Program-made: the position numbers and the translations under genes
Notes under the pieces: model-generated
What the model saw: only the letters and a program-made list of their open reading frames with translations
What the model was told of the DNA's origin: nothing
The model's database searches: none
In this document: one piece after another, positions 46,016 to 64,000 of the stretch
Position numbering within the stretch: position 1 is the first letter of the stretch
Layout of the letters: the number at the start of each line of letters is the position of its first letter
Source: Amoebidium appalachense
Taxonomy: Eukaryota; Protista; Ichthyosporea
Direction: 5' to 3'
NCBI GenBank assembly: GCA_963693365.1
Contig: CAVNZM010000001.1
Span: forward strand, 3,736,907 to 3,800,906
Length of the DNA stretch: 64,000 nucleotides

Positions 46016-47930
46016 TTGGGGCAAGGTCATACATGTCATTCCTGATTTGCACTTGTTTGAGGTGTGCGATTGTGGCGCAGATGTGCTGTATGCCTGTTAC
46101 CCTGTGTGGACGTTTGCTGTTTGATTTTGCCCGGCTTCTGAAGTTAATTCGATGCGATTTTACGTCAAGTATATACCGGCACACGGTTGCCGCACAATGT
46201 AAACAATGATGCATGTTCCACCGGTGGCATGTTGCTGTAACAGTGCTCGGAGCTTCTCGTGCCAGCCACACTGCATGCACAAAGTGCCACGGCCGCAGGC
46301 TGCAGTAAGGCCCTACGTATGAACTTTGCATTCGTAGTTAGTGCACTGTTCACACAAGGAGTCTAGCCCTATAGTGCACAACTTCTATCTTGTTCTTACC
46401 TGGGGAGCCTTGATTTTCACACAAACGGTGGTCGTGGTGGTCACGGCGGTGCGTGTTGTGTGTGTGCGCATGTGTGTGTGTGTGGAGCCTCAGGGGAGAA
46501 GGGTAATTGAGGTTAGCCATGTTCAAAGTTTGGGGCACTAGCACAGAGAGTGGGCGCCAGGGGAGGGAGGGGGGAGGGGGGGGGGGGGGGGAGGGGGGGG
46601 GGAGTGGGACATACAGGCGGCCTGGCTATTCATATTGTAGGCATAAAAGCCCACTTGGGCTATTTTATTTCTGCTTTATTAGGGCAGTGCTAACCAAGTG
46701 CAAAACAAATATCTCACAAGGTCCAACCACCGGTGCTCGTAGAAGGCGGAAGCCAAGGAGGGAAGGGGAAAGGGGGGGGAGGGAGGGGGGGGGGGGGGGG
46801 GGGGGGGGATAAGAACGCTAATATATCAGAGGTGGATTTAGGGACAGAATAAAGGGAAAGGGAGGTGTAGCAGGGTAAGTTGTGGTCATAGACGGCGTGC
46901 AGCAAGCATTGTGCATAATTGGTCCTGTGTAGTATCGTAGCAGTTACTGGTTTTGTGTGAAGTCCGAGGGCTCCGAACAGTGTAGGAGCAGACGACGTGT
47001 GTGTCGTATGTGTGCGCGCGTGTGTGGTGTGTGTATGACAGACAGCCTGTGCGTGCACGTGTGTGTGTTGTCTGAGTTAGCAGCACGGGGAAGCGGTGCT
47101 TGGGGCTTAGTGTGCACGCGTTTGCTCACGCGAGTCGTGTACATGTCTCGTGTATGTGTGTGTGTCTCTAGCCAGTGGAGAGAAGGGCAGTAGTCGGGTT
47201 GTTTTTTTTTTGGGGGGGGGGGCATAGCCACCGGCTGCCTCAGAGAAAGAAGAACACAACGGAATATTCGAAAAACCAGAGAGGAGAGCCAGCAAGAGAA
47301 ACTTGGAATCAATGGCTGAAAAAATGCCTGTGCTTGGATGAAGTGGGTACGTGTACGTGTGTTTGCGCAGGGGGGGCTGGGGGGAGTATGTGTGTGTGGT
47401 TGAAGGTGGGGAAGGGGAGAGAAGGGAGAAGGGAGGAGGATGTATGTGGGTTTGTGTGTGTGTTCGGAAAGGGATGGCGCCTAAGGGGGGGAGGGTGTTA
47501 GTACGCGGGCTTGTATTGTGTTTGTGTGTCCGTGTGTGTGAGCGGGACAAGAAACGTGAAAAGAGGGGAAATAAATGTAAGAGTGAAGAAGAGGCAGTGC
47601 TGAGATCTGTGTGCGTAGGGGTGTGGTGACCGCCCTACTTTGAACGAGGTAGAGGGATGAGTTTACGGATGTGTACGCAACAGCAAGTATGAGAGGAAAT
47701 CGGAAGAGAAGTTGGAAACCCAAGAAGTGCATAGGTGTGCTCTGCTGCAGTGTGTGTGATGAGGGAGTAAAAGACGGAGCGAAGAGCTGCAAGCTTGCTG
47801 TGGTAATAAACAAAAGGCAGTGCGTGCGCTTTGATATGTCTGTCCCAAGAGCACGGGAATGCACGTCAAGTAGGCATGGCAGGTAGTGAGGGTGGGTGGG
47901 CCAACGACCGTCCCTGGGCATGAAGGCGCA

Positions 47931-47961
<31 letters not shown>

Positions 47962-48320
47962 GGGGGAGAGAGAGAGAGAGAGAGAGGAGGAGGAGGATGT
48001 ATGCATAAAAAGGTTAGAAATACGGAAAGAGCCCTCAGAGGACAGTTGCAAAACGTCACAAAATCAAAAAGAAAAATCAAAACACACGGGGAAAGAAGGA
48101 GCGAGTAGGAAACAGTAAGGGGGTGGTTGAGGTAGCAACAGAAGGGGACTATCGTTGCAGAAGAGAAAAAATTTAAAACACGGGGAGCAAGCATACAGCC
48201 AAAAATGAACACAGAAGATAGGGTGTGCGTGTGCGTGTGCGTGTGCGTGTGTGTGCGTGCGTGTCTTTGTGTGTGTGTGTGTGTGCACGTGCGTGCGCGT
48301 GTGGTGTGCATCTGTGTGTC

Positions 48321-48352
<32 letters not shown>

Positions 48353-48599
48353 GTGGGTGGGTGATGCAAAAGGGGGCGAGCGAGGATGAGAGAGAAGAGA
48401 AAGAGAGGGTGAGGGGGTGGGAAGGGGGAGGGGCGGACGGGGGGGGGGGGGGGGGGAGAGAGAGAGAGAAAGAGAGAGAGAGAAAGAGAGAGAGGGAAGG
48501 GAGGGAGAGAGAGAAAAAGAGAGAGCGAGAGAGAGAAAGAGGAGAGAGAGCGAGCGAGCGAGCGAGAGAGAGGGGGGGCGGAGAGAGGGAGGGGGGGGG

Positions 48600-48744
<145 letters not shown>

Positions 48745-48977
48745 GGGGGGGGGGGGGGGGGAGAGAGGGCGGGATATGGAGGGAAGAGAGAGAGAGGGGG
48801 GGAAGGAGGGAGAGAGTGTGACGGGGGGGTAAATAGGAGAGAAGGGGCGGCGAGGGGTCGAGGGAGAACAGGGCCTCGGAGTGACAGGGGACGAGAAAGG
48901 GAGCCTCCAGAGCAGAGGGACTGGATGGAGCAAAGAGGGTGATAAGGAGGCCTTGGCAGGTTCGGAAGACTGTCCGA

Positions 48978-50686
48978 TAGGGGTCTGTAAACCTATCTCA
49001 AAAAAGGTACCTAAATATCAAGTGGCTCTTTCTCGATCTATCCCAAAACCTACCTAAATATCTTAGATCATTTCCCGGAAATTCTCAAATAAAAGCACAT
49101 AAATTTCTTTTGATCTATCCCAAACCCTACCTAAATATCTTCATCTATCTCGGGCATATCTTTCCGTTGAATAAATCCAGTCAAAAGAAAAAAAGACTTT
49201 CCCACAGTGTACCTAAATATTTTTCTTTTGACTCGTTTTTATTGATCCGTTGATGAAGGCAACGTGCAGCCACAGGCTACATTCCACCAATAGAACTGAA
49301 AAAGCCAAAGCTACGAAATAAAAATAAAGCGACAAGTGACAAAGGACACCAGCGGGCAAAACCTTAAGTGTACATGTATGCGTGAAACTAGTTTGCTCCA
49401 ACTAGTCATATGCATCGATGTTGACCAGACCACACTCCGCAAGAAGACATCATTACTGCTGCTTCCCAACAGGCCCCCCTCAAAACCTACCGAGGCACAG
49501 CAAGCAAGTCAGCCTCTAAATTTAAAGAGCAATGCAGATCAAATCTGAGCTAAAAAACAATCCCAACGGGCCCGGCCCCTAGATAACCCGGAGAAACTGG
49601 ATCTAGCTCTCTGATAAGGTGGCCTAGTTGTGGCAGGACACACAGAAAAAAACACAATTACAGAATGCATGCAAGCAAACCCGGTCATTGCCATACGACT
49701 GGAGGCTAAGGACTGGCAGTCACTTGGAAAGCTCCCCGACGACCAAGTAGCCGCCCCTCCACTCACGCAGCGCAGAAATAGCTGAAGAAGTTGCAGCAGC
49801 CCACCGCCAATAGGTCGCGTAGAAGCATAGACAGCGTGTAGAAGTTACCATAGGTTGCAGTGGTACACCAGGCGTTGAAGAAACCACTTCTCAAGCGAGA
49901 AACTCCGCGAAAGGGACTCGGAGATGCCCCCACACTCTCACAGCAGTAACACCAGGCCACACCACAGACACGCTGCAGTCACGTTCCCCTGAGTGGGACT
50001 CCCTCCCACCACAAAAAGAAGAAACGAAAGCCTTTATATACCTGCCATGGTGAAGAATCGGGAAAAAAAGTTGACGTGACAGCTAAGAGATCGAAGTGAA
50101 AGTGAAGTCCAAAGGACTACCTAAATATCTCGTCGAAAAATCTCAAGATCCCGGGGAGGGGGGGGGGGGGGGGGGGGTTGACCGTACCTCTCCTATCCAT
50201 AGGGGGGGGGGGGGGGGGGGGGTCCCTCCACGCGAGGTTGCTTGCGCCGGGGGCCATAGTCGTGGTTGGGGGCAGACTACTGGCCTAGCAGGTCCGCAAC
50301 GAGAAAAGTGGTGGTGGTGCTGCGTTTAGTGACGCTGACAGCAGAAAGTGAGGCCATTTTGACAATGCACGTCCTAGGTTAACAACGTTGTAATGTTGGG
50401 GTTCCCCCTTTTTTTTTTTTTTTTTTTTTGTTTAAAGGGGCTCCCCTGGGACACTCGGTATCAGCTGGTTGTGTGTGTGATATATATATACACCTAGACC
50501 ACGAGATATTTGGATCTATCCCGCCTCAATTTTTCGACTTTCTCGAGATAGATCCCCAGATTGATCTATCCCACATGTAACTAAATATCATTTTCATTTC
50601 CCAAAAACGTGGCTAAATATCCGGCTTTCTTCCCTTTCTCACCAGGTACCTACACGGGAAATTCCCGATAGATCTACAGACCCATA
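48978..50686. mobile_element. Non-autonomous hAT-type DNA transposon (~1.7 kb)
   Basis: 8-bp TSD CTGTCCGA at 48970-48977 and 50687-50694. Imperfect 20-bp TIRs TAGGGGTCTGTAAACCTATC / TATGGGTCTGTAGATCTATC (17/20). Subterminal repeats GATCTATCCC and (AC)CTAAATATC occur near both ends. No transposase ORF seen. Confidence 0.88.
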
Positions 50687-50710
50687 CTGTCCGACGGTCG
50701 ACCTTGGGAA

Positions 50711-50916
50711 CAGGGATGTGTCGGTCACTGGCCGGGTGGGTCTCGGGCGGGTTTACGCAATGGCCGGGTGGATCTCGGGCCGGGTCGTCTATTTTTCGGT
50801 CCGGACCGGGTTGGTTCTTGGGTCTTGGACCCCTGTGATCGGGTTGACCCGCGGGTTACCAAATGCGAAAACCTCGGGTGTTCCCCCGGACTGGCCATAT
50901 ACGTGTGTACATGTAT

Positions 50917-50960
<44 letters not shown>

Positions 50961-51555
50961 ACGTGTGTGTGTATGTGATATGCTTGCGTGCGTGCGTGCT
51001 GTGTGTGCACATGTGCTCGCGGTGTGTGTGTGGCTTTTCCACGCATGGTGTCTACATGTGAACAGACAGTGCTCATGTGCTTGCGGCTTACTTGATTATA
51101 TAGAGCTTGGTAGTGGCCTGACTAAAGCAAACACAACGTAACGTGCACAGCAGTTACGATTGTCTCTCTCTTTTTTCTTTTTCTTTTTCTTTCTCTTTTT
51201 ATATTAAAGCGCTAGCCTAGCCTCAGTACTCTACTACTGTAGCTAACTATGCCTCGGCAATGTTTATACTACCATATATGGACATGATTAATACTGTATT
51301 GTTATTAGTTCACTGTGCAATCCCTGAAAACCAATTATCAATCCAAATTTACTACTTATTATGGTTAATATATCATGCTTTACCCTGACCCGGCGGGAAC
51401 TGACCGGGTCAGAGCCATCGGTCGGGCTGGGTACGGGTCTGACCCGCCGGGTCATAAAGCCGACCGGGTTTGAGCAAAAATGCCCCGGGTCGGAGTTGGG
51501 TAACGCCGACCCGGCCGGGTTGGTTCTCGGGTCGACCCAACCCGACACATCCCTG
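50711..51555. mobile_element. Non-autonomous hAT (Ac/Ds-like) element / MITE, 845 bp
   Basis: Perfect 14-bp TIR CAGGGATGTGTCGG. 8-bp TSD CTTGGGAA at 50703-50710 and 51556-51563. GC-rich subterminal CCGGG/ACCCG repeats at both ends. The TIR starts like maize Ac (CAGGGATG). Confidence 0.93.
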
Positions 51556-53400
51556 CTTGGGAATTGGCATTGGCATAGTCCTGGTTAGGAATGCGACCAA
51601 GACAAACCCACAAATCAGAACATTTATCTAGACGGGGGCAAACGGTAGGTTCACCAGTGACCAATCAGATGAAGGCTGCTGGGATTCCTTTGTGTCAAGC
51701 CTCAAACGGAATCTACAAACACTTTAAGTGGTCACCAAGAATTCACGTGTAAAGAGACAGACCAGCCTCACACACTGGCATATCCTTCGTTATGATACTT
51801 ATAAATAAAATGTGCCCAAAGTATGATTAAAAGAATCACCAAGAGATCTCTTTGTGGTCAAAAATTGCCTCGAAATCGCTGACACGGGTGCGTCATACAT
51901 GAACTTGGCATATCTCCTCAAACCAAAGCATTCATATAAATAAAATCCTACCATTGGATTATAAACCATAATTGGCTTGTGCAGAGTTTAAAAAGTATTA
52001 GGGGAGAGCGCGGCAAATTACCGATTAGCTGGAGAAAAAACGCCGCTGGCTGGCTGGCGCATGCGTGACAGCCGTACGTGCGCGTGCACGGCGGGCCGCA
52101 GCAGATGGGCACGCGCGGAAAAAAAAAAAAAAAAAAAAATCCCCCAAACGTGATACCGTTTTGTAAAAGGAAAAGCGTAGTATGTCAGAGCTGTTTAGCT
52201 GCTAGTCAATAGTCATAGGCAAAGCGTAGCATGTAGAAAGGTAGTAGCACGCATCTGGTGTCTCGTTTGACGCAAGCGCACACAGAGCCAGGCAACCCCC
52301 TCATTCCGAAGTCTATTCCAACAGCACGTCTGGCTATGGGGCGTTTCTGCCACACCATCAACGTAAACTATTACTCTTAGACTTAAACACATGTCATGTT
52401 AGGTGGTCGTTACAGCAACGGCCCCACACCAAAGCTGCGTCTCAAGGTAGTAACATAGGCACGCAAGCACCAGTTGTGCGGTAGCACATAGACCCCGTTG
52501 CAGGGGTATTTCACACAGGGACAAAACGTGGGTAGGATATATAGCAGGCCGAGGCGAGGCACAGGCCGCACACACACGTTTGTCTCTAGGGGTGGGGGAG
52601 GGCCTTTCAGAGTGGAGGGCGGAGGGGCCTTCGGGGCACCCAGACCCCCAGCCAACACCGTTCATGGAAGCGTAAGCGAGGTAGGCATTTGTTTTCACTC
52701 TCTGCTCCCGTGCCGTCCTGGTCTTTCGGCTGTTTCTGGTGCTTGTACTCCTATTGCTTCATTCTGTGTTTTTTACAATATCCCCTTCACTCTGGCTTCG
52801 TCTCGTGCTTTTATGCCCCTTCCTTCTCCGGTGGTCTTCTACCTGGCTGGCCTGGTTTCCGTTGTGTGCACCACTATTAATGTGACTGCGCAAGAGGCTG
52901 GCTGTTGTGCATCTGGGGGCTGTTTTCGAGTTACAGGGTTGTCATCTCTCCCTGCTTGACACTCCTGCTTTGGTCTGGTTCGTCTCCCTCTGTTTCCACG
53001 GAGGTCTCGTTTGCCTCTTTCCTAATTTTAATTTTGGTTCAATATGTGGTGCTTGGACCTCTTTGTTCGGAGAGTAGGGCTGCACAGCTGCTGTGTCCAC
53101 ATTGTATGCTATCTTCTCGGGGTCTGCTTGATGGAGTTTCCCTTCTAGAGTAGTGTTGATGCTTGCTTTCCGGTTGGTTGCTGCACACTGGGATATGCAT
53201 GCTTATTGTGCAGGTCTTGTGAAATTTAAGCAGTGCAGACCGGTTGTAAAACACGTGCACGTGGGGAGAGGGGAGACAGAAGATTTACACTGAAGGATAT
53301 ACATCTTTTTGGGGTGCACAGGAATGATTTTGTGCGGTTTGATAAAGTGAGAGAAAGAGAGCGAGCGTGTGCGTGTATGTGTGTGCCTGTGTGTGTGTGT

Positions 53401-53434
<34 letters not shown>

Positions 53435-53499
53435 TGCATGCACACACGAGGGAGAGAGTGTGTCTGCCTGTTTCTGTGTGTATGTGTGTGTGTGTGTGT

Positions 53500-53589
<90 letters not shown>

Positions 53590-53964
53590 TGTTGATCCTG
53601 CTTTCTTTATTTTCGGATGATTAGTACGGTGTTGCCGGTTGAATATGCAAACATGGCTGGTTTTGCTTATCCTCTGCCCTCCTCCCCCCCTCCCCTCTCC
53701 CCCCGATACGGATTAGCTGTACCTGGTTTATGCTATGTTTGGATTTGTGCTGCTTGCTGTTTCCAATTCTTCTGCCCTTTTGTTTTGGTTTCGCCAATAG
53801 ATAAAGTTGTTGCATTCGAACTTTTTTTCTTGTTTGGTTGTCCCCATTTGTGGACCACTTTTTAGCACTTCCCTTACCTTGGGTTTGCATAGTTGTCATG
53901 TGGGGGTTTCATAACACTAAATGGCGCTTAAATGCACAGATCCACAGTACAACAATTGCACACA

Positions 53965-54061
<97 letters not shown>

Positions 54062-54748
54062 ACACACACACACGTACACACAGAAGAACACACACATACA
54101 TGTACACACGTACATGCCTTCCTGCAGGCGCAAGCACATGCATGCACGTGCACATACATACACACACCACACAAATGTTCGTGCACGAACACAGAGGCAC
54201 ATACTCAGGACATCCTTGCATGCACACAACAAACAAAGAAAAGAACACGCACAAACTGGCACTCTTGCACTCAAACACACATGCACACGTGCACACGTCA
54301 CAGGCAACACACACAAGCATACACTTGCAAAACTGCACCAACTCACACACTTGCACAATATACACACATGCATGGACAGGCACGGGCTCGCAAACACACA
54401 CACACACACACACACACATACACACACACACACACATCGATGTTGGTTGGCTGTGCATGTAATGCTTGGTGCTATTGTTGGCCCCCGGTGCATGGCTGTG
54501 CATGCATTCACTCACTCTCATAGTGCGCTCAGGTAGTCATTCAGTTTCCTTTTGATGAAACAGTTGTATGTGGTTGACTGGTGTTGACATGTGCTTGGCA
54601 TGGCGGTGTGTTAATGTAATTTGTGTGCTAATAACATGGTTCCCGTTTATTTTAGTCAGGTTTAATGCCTGAGGGGTATGTGCACATTTCGATTTGTTGT
54701 CATGGTTTTTTGTGTGTAGTGTGCTAGTTTTCCTGCGCGCGCGCGCGC

Positions 54749-54868
<120 letters not shown>

Positions 54869-55183
54869 TCTGTGTGTGTGGTCTGTGTGTGTGGTCTGTG
54901 TGTATGTTGTGTGGCATACTTGGGTTGATTATATGTGGCCGTGTGTGCATCCCAGTGCATGTGTCTGCGTGTATCCTTGCAATGCCTGTATATGTGCAGG
55001 TCGCTATGCCCATTATGCACACAGGGGTTTGAAAGTGCACTTAAAGGTTTTAATGTGTTGCTTTTTGAGTCCAGTGGGGATCAACTTGCTTGTACTGTGT
55101 TTGTTGGCAGGCTATTCAGAGACTAGTGTAGGTGTACATGTTTCCCTGCAGGCATGGGTGTTGCAATTTTTATTTTATTTTAT

Positions 55184-55214
<31 letters not shown>

Positions 55215-55309
55215 GGGGGGTATGGCTATTGTGGGATGCAGTCACACTGAGTGGGCACTGGGGTGCTTGCTATTGTTTACCTTGGGGTGCCTTGAGTTTG
55301 GGCTAGTCG

Positions 55310-55350
<41 letters not shown>

Positions 55351-56259
55351 CGTGTGTGTGCGTGCGTGTGTGTGTGTGTGTGTTTGTGTGTGTTGACCCG
55401 AGAGGGGGGGGGGGGGGGGGGGGGCGTGCGCGTGCATGTGTGTGTGCACATGCGTGTGTGCATGCGTTTTTGCGTGCGTGTGTGTGTGTGCGTGTGTGTG
55501 CCCAGGTGTGTGTGCTGCTATTGATGTGTGGTGTTTGTCGGTTTGTGCGCGGTGTGTGTCATTGGTTTGTGTGTGTGTGTGTGTGTGTTGTGTGTGCTCG
55601 TGCTTTTGCTTGTGCGTGGCCTTGTGCATGTGCGTGCATGGGTGTGGCACGTGTGGGCATGTGGGTGTGCGTGCGGTGCAATTGGTTTTTTTTTTTTTTT
55701 GTGCATGTGTTGTGTGCTCTTGCATGTTGTGCTTGTGTGTGCGTTGTGTGCGTGCGTAGCATTTGATTATGTATGTGTGCTGGATGCGGATAACCTGAGT
55801 TGGTGTGGCTTTGGATGTGCGCATACACACGTGGGTGTTTGTTTTTATATATCCACATTCATGGACCAATGGTGTGTGTTGTTATTGGTAAGCAGGAGGG
55901 GGAGGAGAGGGGGGAGGGGGAGAGGGGGGCTGTGCATCCAGGTTTGTGTCTTGCATACATACCTGCAGGCATGGATGCGAATGCTGGTGTCGGCGTATAG
56001 GGCTGCATGTGTGTGTTTGTGCGCTCGTGCACGTGTGCATCTGCATGTGCAAAGTGCTGGTGGTGCGCTCAGGTCAACCTTTATTCCTGTTTCTCTGTGC
56101 TTTCTGTCTCAATGAATCGCTGAACAAAGAGGGTTGTTGTGTGCACATAAATGCACGAAGGTGCGGTGTACATACACGCACACACTCACACCCACACGTG
56201 TACATGCACACGTGTGCGCACGCGCGAGCTCACATACATCCACGCAGTATGCACACATG

Positions 56260-56324
<65 letters not shown>

Positions 56325-56484
56325 CACACAAACACACAAACACACTAATGCACTGACTCACTCACCCACTCGCGTCTTGCTCGCACACATTCATACACTG
56401 GCACACAGGCACATACGTTCACGAACACACACACCCTTCGCCCTCACACTCACCCGCACATGCACACACGCACGCTCACCCACT

Positions 56485-56557
<73 letters not shown>

Positions 56558-56997
56558 ATAGACGGGCAAAACACCCCAGCATTATGCATGTGCGAAGCGT
56601 TCACACCTAAGCACACGAACTGCACATCTTTTTGTACGGGCACACATGCACACACAGATACACGTGTACACGTACGTGCGTATGTGCACACATACGTATC
56701 TGCACGCACGCACGCATATGCATACACACACGCTCACAATCTTTCTTCTTCTCGCTGTCACGCACCTGCAAGTGATGAACGCATGCACACACATGCCACA
56801 CACATACTTTCCTAATCTCATTAAAAACCACCAATACGACCCACACGCCCAACACACAGACATCACAGGCACTCCCAAACAGAATATGTTACACCCACCC
56901 CACTGACCCTGTCTCCCGCCTCCACCCACCCCCATCCGATTCCCCAAACCTCCGGTCCCACACTCAATACATCCACATGCATGCGGGCACACGCGCG

Positions 56998-57139
<142 letters not shown>

Positions 57140-57263
57140 GACACGAGCACAATCAGAGACACAGTATATGGATATGCCTATGTGTATAGCAGTACTTGCG
57201 CAAACACACACGGGACACACACACGCTCACGCACACACACACACACACAGGCAGTCGGGAGCC

Positions 57264-63684
<6,421 letters not shown>

Positions 63685-63689
63685 GTACG

Positions 63690-63691
63690 TG

Positions 63692-63753
<62 letters not shown>

Positions 63754-63759
63754 TGCCTG
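63690..63759. repeat. (GCCT)n microsatellite immediately after a G-alpha donor site
   Basis: Direct observation. Confidence 0.9.
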
Positions 63760-64000
63760 CGTGTGGTGCGCTACACATGTTCGCCTTTATTTCCAGGGTT
63801 GCAAGATAGACGTTTTTGGCGTATGTTTAGATAGCTGGAGGGTGGGCTTGGCTGGGTCATGCACTAAGGCAGATTCTTGCACCATTAAGCATTTACCGAA
63901 GACACACTTGTATATGCAATGCAGCCCGTGTCTTTCTATTCATGCACTCACACACATTGACACCATTGGACTTGTCTCTGCATGCCCACCTGACTACGTG

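Noticed and set aside
47230-47890. Purine-rich exon-like stretches with a GTACGT donor at ~47348
   Set aside because: No coherent multi-exon frame, start codon or recognisable protein motif.
49539-49960. Cys-containing minus-strand ORFs inside hAT element 1 as a transposase zinc-finger remnant
   Set aside because: Short, stop-bounded and with no recognisable BED/TTF or DDE/dimerisation motifs.

Overview
Eukaryotic, very intron-rich genomic DNA whose introns are filled with (CA)n/(GT)n microsatellites and long G/C runs. Almost all six-frame ORFs supplied are repeat artefacts. Manual splicing (GT/GC-AG, phase-checked at every junction) gives five protein genes. (1) RTF1, minus strand, 17 exons, ~593 aa. 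(2) A head-to-head dual-specificity-phosphatase-fold protein with a destroyed active site and a C-terminal CUE-like segment (~278 aa). (3) A 38-exon, ~1376-aa myosin whose motor domain continues in frame into a complete Bud6/Aip3 (formin nucleation-promoting factor) domain; this is the main finding. (4) A small secreted Cys-rich, probably GPI-anchored protein (~182 aa). (5) A G-alpha subunit with Gs-like signatures, truncated by the window end. Two non-autonomous hAT-type transposons (TIRs plus 8-bp TSDs) sit almost back to back at 49.0-51.6 kb. Introns also carry decaying tandem copies of their own exon/donor junctions and a dispersed element that is always sense to its host gene. Gene content suggests an opisthokont, plausibly a unicellular holozoan; this is inference only. 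Family assignments come from recalled motifs, not database searches.
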